DNA of 30,375 nt, from positions 1 through 30,375 of the IMG/VR virus record IMGVR_UViG_3300032225_001576; one strand, given 5' to 3'. The notes under the pieces were generated by a model. It was given only the letters and a program-made list of their open reading frames with translations, made no database searches and had not been told where the DNA came from. Made by a program: the position numbers and the translations under genes. This document shows, piece after piece, positions 1 through 9,205 of this stretch (position 1 is the first letter of the stretch; the number at the start of each line of letters is the position of its first letter). This DNA is from a virus. Taxonomy: Duplodnaviria; Caudoviricetes.

Positions 1-40
1 GCCAAAAACAACCACGTTTTTTAGCCACGAACTCCGGCCG

Positions 41-2167
41 GTGAAAATGGCCGTCCGATCCGATCAAAAACGCCGCACTGACGACGCCCAGGCGAAGCGT
101 GACGCCGAACGGTACGAGGACATAAAGTCGCGCACCGGCAAACGTGCTCGCCGCGTCTCTGCCGCCGGCCGCGACATCGGCACTCCGCCGCCAATCGTCG
201 ACGCCGGTCGCCGCGATTCATGCCGGCTCAACTTTCGCCTCTTCTGCGAGACGTACGCCGCCGAGTCGTTCCCGCTGGCGTGGTCGCCGGATCATCTGAC
301 GGCGATCGCCAAGATCGAAGCTGCGGTGCTCCGCGGAGAGCTGTTCGCCTTCGCCATGCCTCGCGGTTCCGGCAAGACCACGCTCTGCGAGTGGGCTTGC
401 CTATGGGCACTGCTGAATGGACACCGGCAGTTCATCACGCTGATCGGCTCCGACCAGTCGATCGCGGAGCAGATGCTCGACAGCATCAAGAGCCACCTCG
501 AGCAGAACGACCTCCTGGCGGCCGATTACCCGGAGGCGACCTACCCGATCCGGGCGCTCGAAGGAATCAACGCCCGCGCCCGCGGACAGACGATCGACGG
601 CAAGCCGACGAAAATCGAGTGGACCGCCGACCAGATCACGCTCGCCACAGTTCCCGGCGGCGTGTCTTCCGGTGCGGCCGTCCGTGTCGCCGGCATCACC
701 GGCCGCATCCGTGGCCTCCGGCACACCCGCCCAGACGGCAAGACCATCCGCCCAGACCTAGTGCTCGTGGACGATCCGCAGACAGACGAATCGGCGGACA
801 GCCCGTCGCAGGTATCGAAACGTGAGCGCACCCTTGACGGTGCCGTTCTCGGCCTCTGTGGTCCCGGTGTGGACATGGCCGGGCTATGCACCGTGACGGT
901 AATCCGTGCCGACGATCTCGCCGATCGGCTTCTCGATCGCCAGAGAAATCCAAAGTGGCAGGGCGAGCGCACGAAGTTGGTCTACGAGTGGCCCGACAAC
1001 GAGGATCTCTGGAGCCAATACGCAGAGCTGCGGCGAGAGGGGCAGCGAAGCGGCGTCGGCACTGCGGAGGCGGACGCTTTCTACAGAGACCACCAGGCGG
1101 CAATGGACGCAGGCAGCCGGGTTGCATGGCCTGAACGCAAGGCTCCAGGAGATCTATCCGCGATCCAACACGCCTGGAATCTGCGGATCGACCGGGGCGA
1201 ATCGGCATTCAATGCCGAGTACCAGAACGAGCCGCTGACAGACGACATGACGACGGACAAGCTCGACCGTCGGCAGCTTGCCGACCGATCGACTGTTGTC
1301 GGCCGCGCCGTAGTTCCGCACGGACACACGAAGCTGACGGCGTTCATCGACGTGCAGAAGAATCTCCTCTACTGGATGGTCTGCTCGTGGTCTGAATCTT
1401 TCGGCGGTCAAGTGATCGCCTACGGCTCATACCCCGACCAGGGCGTGTCGTACTACGAGGCGCAGTCGGCAAAAAAGACGCTGGCTCTCGCCAAGCCTGG
1501 AGCGTCATTCGAGGCCGCTTTGTATGCCGGCCTTGAGGAAGCAACGAAGGTGCTCCTATCGCGCGAGTGGTTGCGGGAAGACGGGGTGCCGATGCGGATC
1601 GCCCAGACGATGATTGACTCAAACTGGGGCACATCGACTGACACCGTCCGCAAGTTTTGCCGGTCGTCGCTGTTCTCCTCGACGATCCTCCCCAGCCGCG
1701 GACGCGGTGTTGGGGCGACGAGTGCCCCGATGGGAGTGAGGCGCAATCGTGGCGACCGTGCCGGCTTGAATTGGGTGGTCGGCAAGACCGCGAGCGGAGT
1801 CCAGATCGAGTCGCAGTACGACACGAACTGGTGGAAGACGTTCGTCTCGGCCCGGCTCCGGCTCGGCCAGGGCGACCCGGAAGCGATCATGTTCCACGCC
1901 GGCTCGCACGAGATGCTTATCGAGCACCTCGTCTCGGAGTTTCCGCAGCGGAAGGACGCACGCGGCCGGATCGTTGACGAATGGAAGCTCCCGCCTGGGC
2001 AGGAAAACCATTGGTGGGACTGCCTCGTCGGATGCGCCGTCGCAGCGTCGATTTCTGGTCTCGAGGTGGCGTCGAGTGAAACGGGCACTCGCAAGCGGAA
2101 GAAGGTCAGCATCCCATCCGGCCCTGACGGTAAGCGGGTGATCGTCACGCGACGCCACAAGGCGTAG
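41..2167 (+). CDS. Terminase large subunit (lambda GpA-like)
   Basis: Walker A AMPRGSGKTT, Walker B LVLVDD, C-terminal nuclease motif ENHWWDC; directly upstream of gpW-like and portal genes. Start GTG41 or ATG47. Confidence 0.92.
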   Translation: MKMAVRSDQKRRTDDAQAKRDAERYEDIKSRTGKRARRVSAAGRDIGTPPPIVDAGRRDSCRLNFRLFCETYAAESFPLAWSPDHLTAIAKIEAAVLRGELFAFAMPRGSGKTTLCEWACLWALLNGHRQFITLIGSDQSIAEQMLDSIKSHLEQNDLLAADYPEATYPIRALEGINARARGQTIDGKPTKIEWTADQITLATVPGGVSSGAAVRVAGITGRIRGLRHTRPDGKTIRPDLVLVDDPQTDESADSPSQVSKRERTLDGAVLGLCGPGVDMAGLCTVTVIRADDLADRLLDRQRNPKWQGERTKLVYEWPDNEDLWSQYAELRREGQRSGVGTAEADAFYRDHQAAMDAGSRVAWPERKAPGDLSAIQHAWNLRIDRGESAFNAEYQNEPLTDDMTTDKLDRRQLADRSTVVGRAVVPHGHTKLTAFIDVQKNLLYWMVCSWSESFGGQVIAYGSYPDQGVSYYEAQSAKKTLALAKPGASFEAALYAGLEEATKVLLSREWLREDGVPMRIAQTMIDSNWGTSTDTVRKFCRSSLFSSTILPSRGRGVGATSAPMGVRRNRGDRAGLNWVVGKTASGVQIESQYDTNWWKTFVSARLRLGQGDPEAIMFHAGSHEMLIEHLVSEFPQRKDARGRIVDEWKLPPGQENHWWDCLVGCAVAASISGLEVASSETGTRKRKKVSIPSGPDGKRVIVTRRHKA

Positions 2168-2168
2168 C

Positions 2169-2206
2169 CACACCCCCTCTCGATCCGTTGCCGTCTCCGC
2201 GACTGT
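2169..2206 (+). promoter_or_regulatory. Putative late promoter copy 1: CACACCCCCT-N22-GACTGT
   Basis: One of five copies with identical spacing; lies between terminase stop and ATG2213. Confidence 0.65.
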
Positions 2207-2212
2207 GGAGGC

Positions 2213-2410
2213 ATGAGCGACGAACTTGCCAGCAAGATCGACACGGTGGCCCAGGGGCCGAAGCGCGTCCGCACCGATGCCGGTGAGGTCGAGTCGCAGT
2301 CCCTCGCCGACATGATCGAGGCCGACAAGTACCTTGCCGCTCGGAACGCCACGGCCGCCAGCAATCGCGGTCTCCGGTTTAACAAGATCATCCCGCCGGG
2401 GACGACTTGA
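2213..2410 (+). CDS. Head-to-tail joining / head completion protein (gpW-like)
   Basis: 65 aa between terminase and lambda-type portal, the gpW position; helix-beta hairpin-helix pattern. Confidence 0.7.
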   Translation: MSDELASKIDTVAQGPKRVRTDAGEVESQSLADMIEADKYLAARNATAASNRGLRFNKIIPPGTT

Positions 2411-4201
2411 ATGGGAATCGTTTCCCTCATCCGTACCGGCCGCTGGTCGCCTCCGAAGAAGGCGATTCAGGTCGTTCGCCCGCTCGCACGGGCGCGGTTT
2501 GACGCCGCTCAGACGAGCGACGATTCCCGGCACTGGGCCAATGCCGACTCCCTCTCGGCAAACGCCGCTCTCGTGCCTGAAGTGCGGAGAATCATCCGCA
2601 ACCGTGCGCGGTACGAGCGTGCGAACAACGCCTACGTCCACGGGATCTGCGTCACGAAGAGCAATGACCTCATTGGCACCGGTCCGCGTGTGCAGCTCGC
2701 CACCGGCAACGCCGAGGCGGATCGGTCGATCAGTCGTGCGTTTTTCGATTGGTCGTGGTCAGTCCGCCTGGCGGACAAGCTCCGCACCGCCACCGAGGCC
2801 CGCGTTCTCGACGGAGAAGCGTTCGCGCTGTTCTTCACGAATCCACGGATTGATCCTCGCGGCGTGCAACTCGATCTCCGGCTGATCGAGGCCGATCAAG
2901 TCGCATCGCCGGCCTACCAGTGGCAACAGACGGTCTCGCCTGACGGCTCGCTCGTGGATGGCGTCGAGCTTGATGTGTACGGAAACGTAATCGCGTTCCA
3001 CGTGCTCAAGTCCCACCCCGGCAGCAACTATCTGATCGGGGTGAACGAGTACGACCGTGTCGACGCCGATCTCATGCTGCACTGGTTCCGGCCGACGCGG
3101 CCTGGCCAGCACCGCGGCCTCTCCGAGCTGACGCCATGTCTGCGGCTGACGGCGAACATGCGGCGGTACACGGAAGCCGTCATCCGTGCCGCCGAGATCG
3201 CCGCCGACCTCGCCGCGTTCGTCCACTCGAACTCGCCGGCCGCACAGGTGGACGAGGTCGATCCGTTCGCCGCGATCGAGATTGAGAAGGGCACGCTTAC
3301 CACGCTGCCGGAAGGCTGGGATATCTCCCAGCTCAAGGCCGAACAGCCGACGAACACGCATCAAGCGTTCACGCGGACGATCCTCGGCGAGATCGCCCGC
3401 GGCGTAAATCTGCCGTACCACAAGGCGGCTTTCGACGCCTCGTCATACAACTACTCGTCGGCCCGCCTGGACGGCCAACTCCACGAGCAGAACGTCCGCG
3501 TCGAGCGGGACGAACTGGAGCGGGCGTGGCTCGATCGCATCTTCCGCGAGTGGCTCGACGAAGCACTGCTCGTTCCCGGCATGATTCCCGCCGGCCTTTC
3601 TCCGGCGTCGGAGTGGAATTGGGCTTGGGTGTGGGACGGCCGCGAAGGCGTCGACCCCAACAAGGAAGCCAACGCCACCGAGACGAAGCTGGCAACGCTG
3701 ACCACTTCGCTCGCTGCCGAGTATGCACGGCAGGGGAAGCAGTGGGATGTCGAACTGCGGCAGATCGCCGCCGAACGACAGCTCATGGGCGAGCTTGGGC
3801 TGTCGATCGGCGACCGGCCCGCCCAGGTCGTCGTTCCGCCGGCCGATCCAGTCAACGCTGCCGGCGAGCCTGGAGTGATCGCCGCCGAGTCGTACCAGCC
3901 GACCGCCGAGATGCGAGCCGAGGCCGAACGTGGCCTCGCCTGGCGTCGTGAATTCGGCCGCGGCGGCACCGAAGTCGGCGTTGCCCGTGCCAGGGACATC
4001 GCCAACGGTAGGCCGCTCTCTCTCGACACCGTCCAGCGGATGGCGAGTTACTTCGCCCGGCACGAGGTGGACAAGCAGGGCCAAGGCTGGAGCCAGGGCG
4101 AAGACGGCTATCCGTCCGCCGGCCGCATTGCCTGGGCGCTGTGGGGAGGCGATCCCGGTCAGGCGTTCGCTAATCGCATCACCGAGGGGGCCAACGCATG
4201 A
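2411..4201 (+). CDS. Portal protein, lambda family, with extra C-terminal domain
   Basis: Motifs RNRARYE..NN, DGEAF, LIEADQV, RPGQHRG, SSYNYSSAR, VDPNKEA; ~100 aa extension after the usual end. Confidence 0.92.
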   Translation: MGIVSLIRTGRWSPPKKAIQVVRPLARARFDAAQTSDDSRHWANADSLSANAALVPEVRRIIRNRARYERANNAYVHGICVTKSNDLIGTGPRVQLATGNAEADRSISRAFFDWSWSVRLADKLRTATEARVLDGEAFALFFTNPRIDPRGVQLDLRLIEADQVASPAYQWQQTVSPDGSLVDGVELDVYGNVIAFHVLKSHPGSNYLIGVNEYDRVDADLMLHWFRPTRPGQHRGLSELTPCLRLTANMRRYTEAVIRAAEIAADLAAFVHSNSPAAQVDEVDPFAAIEIEKGTLTTLPEGWDISQLKAEQPTNTHQAFTRTILGEIARGVNLPYHKAAFDASSYNYSSARLDGQLHEQNVRVERDELERAWLDRIFREWLDEALLVPGMIPAGLSPASEWNWAWVWDGREGVDPNKEANATETKLATLTTSLAAEYARQGKQWDVELRQIAAERQLMGELGLSIGDRPAQVVVPPADPVNAAGEPGVIAAESYQPTAEMRAEAERGLAWRREFGRGGTEVGVARARDIANGRPLSLDTVQRMASYFARHEVDKQGQGWSQGEDGYPSAGRIAWALWGGDPGQAFANRITEGANA

Positions 4202-6081
4202 GCAATCTCTCGATCCGATCTGCCGTCAAGTTCCTCCGCGCCGACGATCACGGGAGCGAGGGCGAAGGGCTTTCGACGCCGCGGATTCCGCGGTTTTCGA
4301 TGGTCGGCTACACGGGCGGGCTGATCCGCCAGATGTGGAGCCGGGAGCCGGTTGTCATCGACCTCGCCGGCATGACCGTGCCGTCGGTGATCCCGATCGT
4401 CTTCGGCCACGACTACTCGCTCGAAGCCGTTCTCGGCCAGGGCACCGGCACCGTCGGCAATCAGCTCGTCATCGAAGGCGCGATCCTCTCCGTCTGCGAA
4501 GCGGCCATGCAGGTCGTGCAGCTCGGCGACCGCGGCTACCAGTGGCAGGCATCCGTCGGCGCTGACGTTGACGAGGACTACCTCGTCGCGTCGGGCGACA
4601 CCGCACAAGTCAACGGGCAGACCTTCCAAGGTCCGGTCCGGATCGTAAAGCGCTCCACGCTGCGGGAGTGTTCGTTTGTCACCCTCGGGGCCGACGCAGC
4701 GACGGCCGTCACCATTACCGCCAAAACGGCGGGGGAGTCTCCCATGTCCGCAGAGACGCAGGCCGCCGTCGACGTGATGCCGACCGGCCCCGATGTCCAA
4801 CAGACCGACGCAATGCCAACCGGTCCTTCCGACATGGCTTCGTCCGCGCCGAAGGTCGATCTCGCCTCGATTCGTGCCGAGGTGGTCGCCGATGTCACCC
4901 GCGAGGTGAAGGCGACGCTTCTCAAGGATCTCCGCGACGTGCGCGGCGGGCCGGCGATCCACGCCAGCAAGCCGCAGCTCGACGAGGACCAGGTCACGAT
5001 CGCCGCGATGCAGGTCGTCGGCGGGCTCGGAAAGCAGATCGAAGCCAAGTACGGCGATTCGCCGATGGTCGAGGCCGCGAACAAGCGTTCCCGCACGATC
5101 GGCCTGCAAGAGGTGCTCGTCAGTGCCGCTCGCAAGGGTGGCTACGACGGTGTTCACAAGGTGACGGCCGGGAACATCGGGGTGATTCTGCGGGCCGCGT
5201 TTGCGACCCACAACATCTCCAACATTCTCGCCGCGACCTACAACAAGTACCTGCTCAACGGCTTCGAGGCCGTCGAGTCGGTGTGGGATCAGATCTCGCT
5301 CGTGCGGCCGCTGAACGACCTGAAGGCGATCACCGGCGTTCGGCTCGATGGCGGCTTCGTGTTCGACGAAGTGGCGGGCGACGGGCGGCTGAAGTCGGCT
5401 GATGCCGGCGACGCGACCCGCACGCTCCAAGCGAAGACCTACGGACGAATTTCGTCCATCACCCGTGCGGACATCATCAACGACGACCTCGGTGCTCTGA
5501 CGGCGGTTCCCCGCCGGCTTGGCCGCGGTGCAGCTCTGAAGTTTAACTCGGTCTTCTGGACCGAGTTCCAGGTGGGTGCGACTGCCAACGCCAGCTACTA
5601 CCAGGGGGCGACCGCTGGTGCCGGCAATGCAATGGCGATCGGGTCGGTCGAGACTGCGTACGCTGCCTACCGATCGCTCAACGATCCTGACGGCAACCCG
5701 CTCGGCATCACGCCGAAGATCCTGCTCGTTCCTGTCCAGCTTCGGATCACGGCCGACAAGATCCAGACTGGCAACACGCTCCTGGCCTCCTCGCTCGGCT
5801 CGACCTCGAGCCGTGTCGTCGAGCCACAGGCCAACGTGCTCGCCGGGAAGTTCACGATCGTCGATTCGGCCTACCTCACCTCGTCTTCGACGTGGTGGCT
5901 GTGTGCAGACCCGAACGATCTGCCGGTGATGGAGGTGGGCTTCCTCAACGGTCAGCGGTCGCCGATCGTCGAGCAGGCGGAAGCCTCGTTCGACACCCTC
6001 GGCATCGAGGTCCGCGGTTACTTCGACTTTGGCGTGAGCAAGGCGGAAAGCCGCTCGTGCTACCGCATGGCGACCTCCTGA
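4198..6081 (+). CDS. Prohead protease-scaffold-major capsid fusion (Mu gpT-like capsid domain)
   Basis: N-terminal protease-like region (FGHD, WQASVG, LRECSFVTLGAD); C-terminal capsid motifs TYGRISSITRADIINDDLGAL, PKILLVP, EVGFLNG, YFDFGV; ATGA overlap with portal. Confidence 0.9.
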   Translation: MSNLSIRSAVKFLRADDHGSEGEGLSTPRIPRFSMVGYTGGLIRQMWSREPVVIDLAGMTVPSVIPIVFGHDYSLEAVLGQGTGTVGNQLVIEGAILSVCEAAMQVVQLGDRGYQWQASVGADVDEDYLVASGDTAQVNGQTFQGPVRIVKRSTLRECSFVTLGADAATAVTITAKTAGESPMSAETQAAVDVMPTGPDVQQTDAMPTGPSDMASSAPKVDLASIRAEVVADVTREVKATLLKDLRDVRGGPAIHASKPQLDEDQVTIAAMQVVGGLGKQIEAKYGDSPMVEAANKRSRTIGLQEVLVSAARKGGYDGVHKVTAGNIGVILRAAFATHNISNILAATYNKYLLNGFEAVESVWDQISLVRPLNDLKAITGVRLDGGFVFDEVAGDGRLKSADAGDATRTLQAKTYGRISSITRADIINDDLGALTAVPRRLGRGAALKFNSVFWTEFQVGATANASYYQGATAGAGNAMAIGSVETAYAAYRSLNDPDGNPLGITPKILLVPVQLRITADKIQTGNTLLASSLGSTSSRVVEPQANVLAGKFTIVDSAYLTSSSTWWLCADPNDLPVMEVGFLNGQRSPIVEQAEASFDTLGIEVRGYFDFGVSKAESRSCYRMATS

Positions 6082-6102
6082 GCCCTGCCAGCGTAATCCG
6101 TG

Positions 6103-6135
6103 CCCGGCGGGCCTGGGATGTCCAGGCCCGCCGGG
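6103..6135 (+). terminator. 14-bp GC stem-loop after capsid gene (terminator or mRNA stabiliser; no U-tract)
   Basis: CCCGGCGGGCCTGG (6103-6116) pairs perfectly with CCAGGCCCGCCGGG (6122-6135). Confidence 0.55.
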
Positions 6136-6175
6136 GTGACGCTCACCAACAACTCCAGACACACGAGGCTTTTCG

Positions 6176-6535
6176 ATGGCGACTCTCAAGCAGAACATCG
6201 GTGACAGTTGGGACTACACGCCGACCACCGCAAAGGCGGTTGGCGACGTGGTGATCCTCGGCAAGATCGTCGGCGTCTGCTCGCGTCCGATCGCGGCCAA
6301 CGCCAAGGGTTCAATCAACGTCCGCGGCATCTTCACCTTCACGAAGGTGACCGGCGGCGCGCTGACCGCCGGGTCGGTGGCGTATCTTCACAGCAACCTG
6401 AACGTCACTGGCTCCGCGACCACGACCGGTATCGCCGGCCTCGTGGCTGTCGATGCGGCTGCCGGTGACACGACGGTCGATGTGTCGATCAACCACGGCA
6501 TGCTGTTCGACCTGAACGCTACCGGCCCGTCCTGA
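6176..6535 (+). CDS. DUF2190-family capsid cement/decoration protein
   Basis: 119 aa after capsid gene; DYTP...VGDVV..G..VGV....IAA...G.....GIF pattern and AAAGDTTVDV terminus. Confidence 0.8.
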   Translation: MATLKQNIGDSWDYTPTTAKAVGDVVILGKIVGVCSRPIAANAKGSINVRGIFTFTKVTGGALTAGSVAYLHSNLNVTGSATTTGIAGLVAVDAAAGDTTVDVSINHGMLFDLNATGPS

Positions 6536-6553
6536 TCGGATTCATACCGCAAG

Positions 6554-6600
6554 CCGCCGGCGGTCGCCTTTGCTCGGGCACCGCCGGCGGTCTTGTGTCT
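6554..6600 (+). terminator. Probable intrinsic terminator
   Basis: CCGCCGGCGGT (6554-6564) / ACCGCCGGCGG (6580-6590) 11-bp stem followed by TCTTGTGTCT. Confidence 0.55.
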
Positions 6601-6612
6601 GCGAGGTGACCG

Positions 6613-7038
6613 ATGGCCGACATGCTCTCCGCCGGTGCCGCGTGGCTCGCCGACCAGTTCGCGGCGTCGGCGTCGCTCACCGTGGCCTACAAGCGGGGCG
6701 CGAACTCGTCGCAGTTCGTCGCCACGATCGGCAAGAGCATGTTTGAGTCGTCGGGGCAGAATGGCGTCACGGAGCAGTGGGAGAGTCGGGACTACATCGT
6801 AAAGACTGCCGACTTGCCGTACGGCGAGCCGCTGCGTGGTGACATGATCGTCGAGGACATCGGTGGCGTGTCGGTGTTCTACGAGGTTACCGCACCTCGT
6901 GGCGTTCCGCTGTTCCACTACGGCGATGCCTTTCAGCAGCTTGTCCGCGTTCACACGAAGCGGACGGACAAGGATCAGACGTACATCATCACGGACCAGG
7001 GCGAAGAGATCGTTGTTCCGCTGACCGCCCAGGGGTGA
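6613..7038 (+). CDS. Head-tail joining (closure/adaptor) protein
   Basis: 141 aa, GAGGTGA RBS, beta-rich pattern ending RVHTK, position after DUF2190. Confidence 0.65.
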   Translation: MADMLSAGAAWLADQFAASASLTVAYKRGANSSQFVATIGKSMFESSGQNGVTEQWESRDYIVKTADLPYGEPLRGDMIVEDIGGVSVFYEVTAPRGVPLFHYGDAFQQLVRVHTKRTDKDQTYIITDQGEEIVVPLTAQG

Positions 7039-7042
7039 CCGC

Positions 7043-7633
7043 ATGCCGCTCTTCAAGCGCGTCGACCAACTGCCGGCGGCGGCCGGTGTCACCGGCACTG
7101 ATTATCTGATCCTCTCGCGGCCGTCTGGCCCGACCGGAACGGTTGGCACGCGGGCGGTGACGCTCTCGCAGTTGTCGGCCGTGCTCGGCGGCGGTGGTGG
7201 TGGCGGAAGCACTGGGCCGACCGGGGCGACGGGCAGTCCTGGTGCGGCGTCCACGGTTACCGGGCCGCAGGGTGTTCGTGGCGATACTGGTCCTTCAGGC
7301 GTTCGTGGCGATACCGGGCCGTCTGGCGTGGCTGGCGGCGTCGGTCCGACCGGCCCGCAGGGCGTGGCTGGCAGCAACGGAAGCCAGGGTGTTACCGGAC
7401 CTCGCGGCGATACCGGCCCGCAGGGCGTGGATGGCACGGCGGGCAGTCAGGGGAATACCGGCCCGACCGGAGCGACCGGCGCAGCGTCAAATGTTACTGG
7501 CCCGACGGGCAGTCCTGGAACGGCCGGAAGCAACGGAAGCAACGGCAGCCAGGGTGCCACTGGCCCGACTGGCCCCGCCGGGGGCGGCTCGTCTCGCATC
7601 CATCCCTATCCCGCCTCATTCCTTTTCGGGTGA
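7043..7633 (+). CDS. Collagen-like fibre protein
   Basis: Long G-X-Y run (GPT/GAT/GDT/GPQ/GSN) after a short N-terminal domain and poly-Gly linker. Confidence 0.88.
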   Translation: MPLFKRVDQLPAAAGVTGTDYLILSRPSGPTGTVGTRAVTLSQLSAVLGGGGGGGSTGPTGATGSPGAASTVTGPQGVRGDTGPSGVRGDTGPSGVAGGVGPTGPQGVAGSNGSQGVTGPRGDTGPQGVDGTAGSQGNTGPTGATGAASNVTGPTGSPGTAGSNGSNGSQGATGPTGPAGGGSSRIHPYPASFLFG

Positions 7634-7636
7634 TCT

Positions 7637-8005
7637 ATGGCCGCTCCCAACCTCACCAATCCAACGACGATTAACGGCAAAACGGCAGTGCTCCAGCTTG
7701 CGAGCACATCCGAAACGACTCTGCTCACAAACGCCGCTGCCAGCGGAAAATGCCTGCGCGTGGGGCAGATCACCGTAACCAACACGGGCTCGGCCACGAT
7801 CACCGTGACGGGAAAATTCTATTCCGCGGCAAGCGGCGGAACCGGCTATTCGATCGGCACCGCCGTGCCTCTGGCTCCCGGCGTGCCGCTCATCCTTGTC
7901 GGGAAAGAGAATCCGATCTACCTCGAAGAAGACCGACGAATCACGATCACCGCGAGCGCATCCAGCGGCCTTGATGTGGTGTGCAGCTACGAGGACATTT
8001 CGTGA
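7637..8005 (+). CDS. Small beta-rich virion/fibre-associated protein
   Basis: 122 aa, Thr/Ser/Ala rich, starts 3 nt after collagen gene; ends IYLEED...LDVVCSYEDIS. Confidence 0.65.
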   Translation: MAAPNLTNPTTINGKTAVLQLASTSETTLLTNAAASGKCLRVGQITVTNTGSATITVTGKFYSAASGGTGYSIGTAVPLAPGVPLILVGKENPIYLEEDRRITITASASSGLDVVCSYEDIS

Positions 8006-8922
8006 TGGCACGGCCGATTGGTGGGCAAATCTCGACGCGGTATCCGGCGATCAGCGGCGGCGCGGTCTGGTCGCCGCGCGATGGTGGCATCGCCCGCGCG
8101 CCGTTTTTCACCGCCTCGGCGCTCACGTGGCTCGCAAGCAACACGAGCATTGTGTCGACCACATCCGGCGGTTCCGCCAACGCCGCCGGCGCGTGGACGC
8201 AGTTGTTCGCCGCATCGGCGACGGCATCGACAGACACGATTTCGATGCTGTTTCTCATGACCTACGGGGCGTCAGCCAGCACCACGGCCGACAACTCGAC
8301 GCTGATTGACATCGGAACCGGAGCGAGCGGCAGCGAAACGGCGATCATTTCGGACTTGGCGGTAGGCGGTTTGCAAAACACGTCTCTGCCATTGGCGGTG
8401 CCGGTTCGCATTGCCGGAAACACGCGAATCGCGTTTCGCTCGCGGTGCGCGACTGCAAGTCGTGCGAACCAACGCACGCTTGGCGTTCACGTGTTTTCGT
8501 CACCGTTTGCCGACCGCATCCCCACCTCTCTCGACACGCTTGGGACATCGCAATCGACCAGCGCCGGCACGGCGATGAGCGGGGCTTCCGGCTCGTGGGT
8601 GCAGATCACCGCGGCCACGGCCAAGGACTATCAAGCGTTGATCGTCGTGCCGTCGGGCGCGGGAAATTTCACCGGCGGCTCGACCACGACCAACCGTCTC
8701 GATTTGGGGATCGGCGCGGCCGGCTCGGAGGTGGCGATCTCGTCTGTGATCACGGACGTTACCGGAGCGAACGGATTTATCGCGCCGCAGTACGGTCTCC
8801 CAGGCCTTGTCGGCGTGTGCGGTCGTGCGATCCCCGCCGGCACGCGAATCGCCGTTCGCCACGACCGTGCAACCAATCCATCCTGGCTCGCGGCCTGTGT
8901 GATCGGGGTGCCCTATGTCTGA
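8005..8922 (+). CDS. Putative fibre head / adhesin with two internally repeated domains
   Basis: TGATG overlap gives start 8005; paired motifs GAWTQL/GSWVQI, IDIGTGASGSE/LDLGIGAAGSE, IAGNTRIAFR/IPAGTRIAVR. Confidence 0.65.
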   Translation: MARPIGGQISTRYPAISGGAVWSPRDGGIARAPFFTASALTWLASNTSIVSTTSGGSANAAGAWTQLFAASATASTDTISMLFLMTYGASASTTADNSTLIDIGTGASGSETAIISDLAVGGLQNTSLPLAVPVRIAGNTRIAFRSRCATASRANQRTLGVHVFSSPFADRIPTSLDTLGTSQSTSAGTAMSGASGSWVQITAATAKDYQALIVVPSGAGNFTGGSTTTNRLDLGIGAAGSEVAISSVITDVTGANGFIAPQYGLPGLVGVCGRAIPAGTRIAVRHDRATNPSWLAACVIGVPYV

Positions 8923-9205
8923 CGCATGGCACGTTGTCTACGAGTCCGCCAGCGGCGACGCCCACTCAATCGGGAGCGGTCCGGTCGGCTCTCTGCCGTC
9001 TGGTCTGGCCGCCTCCTCGATCACCGACGACCAGGCCGACGCGATCCTGTCCGGCGAATCACGCTGGGACTCGGCCACGCGGGCCGTGGTGCCAATAATT
9101 CCGCCTCCGCTGCCGGAAGTGACGGTCGATCAGATCGTGGTTTGGATCGCGGCCAAGGGGTTCGATCCGGACACGGCGGTGCGAGAAGCGGCAGAGTTTG
9201 CGTGA
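8915..9205 (+). CDS. Hypothetical protein, possible fibre assembly chaperone
   Basis: 96 aa acidic ORF overlapping previous stop; RWDSAT..VV..PPP pattern; position after fibre gene. Confidence 0.55.
   Translation: MSDAWHVVYESASGDAHSIGSGPVGSLPSGLAASSITDDQADAILSGESRWDSATRAVVPIIPPPLPEVTVDQIVVWIAAKGFDPDTAVREAAEFA

Noticed and set aside
4159-6198. 679-aa minus-strand ORF and similar long antisense ORFs (e.g. 1619-2641, 16025-17062, 23205-24413, 23330-25006)
   Set aside because: Shadow frames of GC-rich, well-supported + strand genes; no motifs or credible RBS
7270-7420. Three RGD tripeptides and a 27-nt-period repeat in the collagen gene
   Set aside because: Explained by G-X-Y repeat duplication; nothing supports integrin binding or a CRISPR-like array
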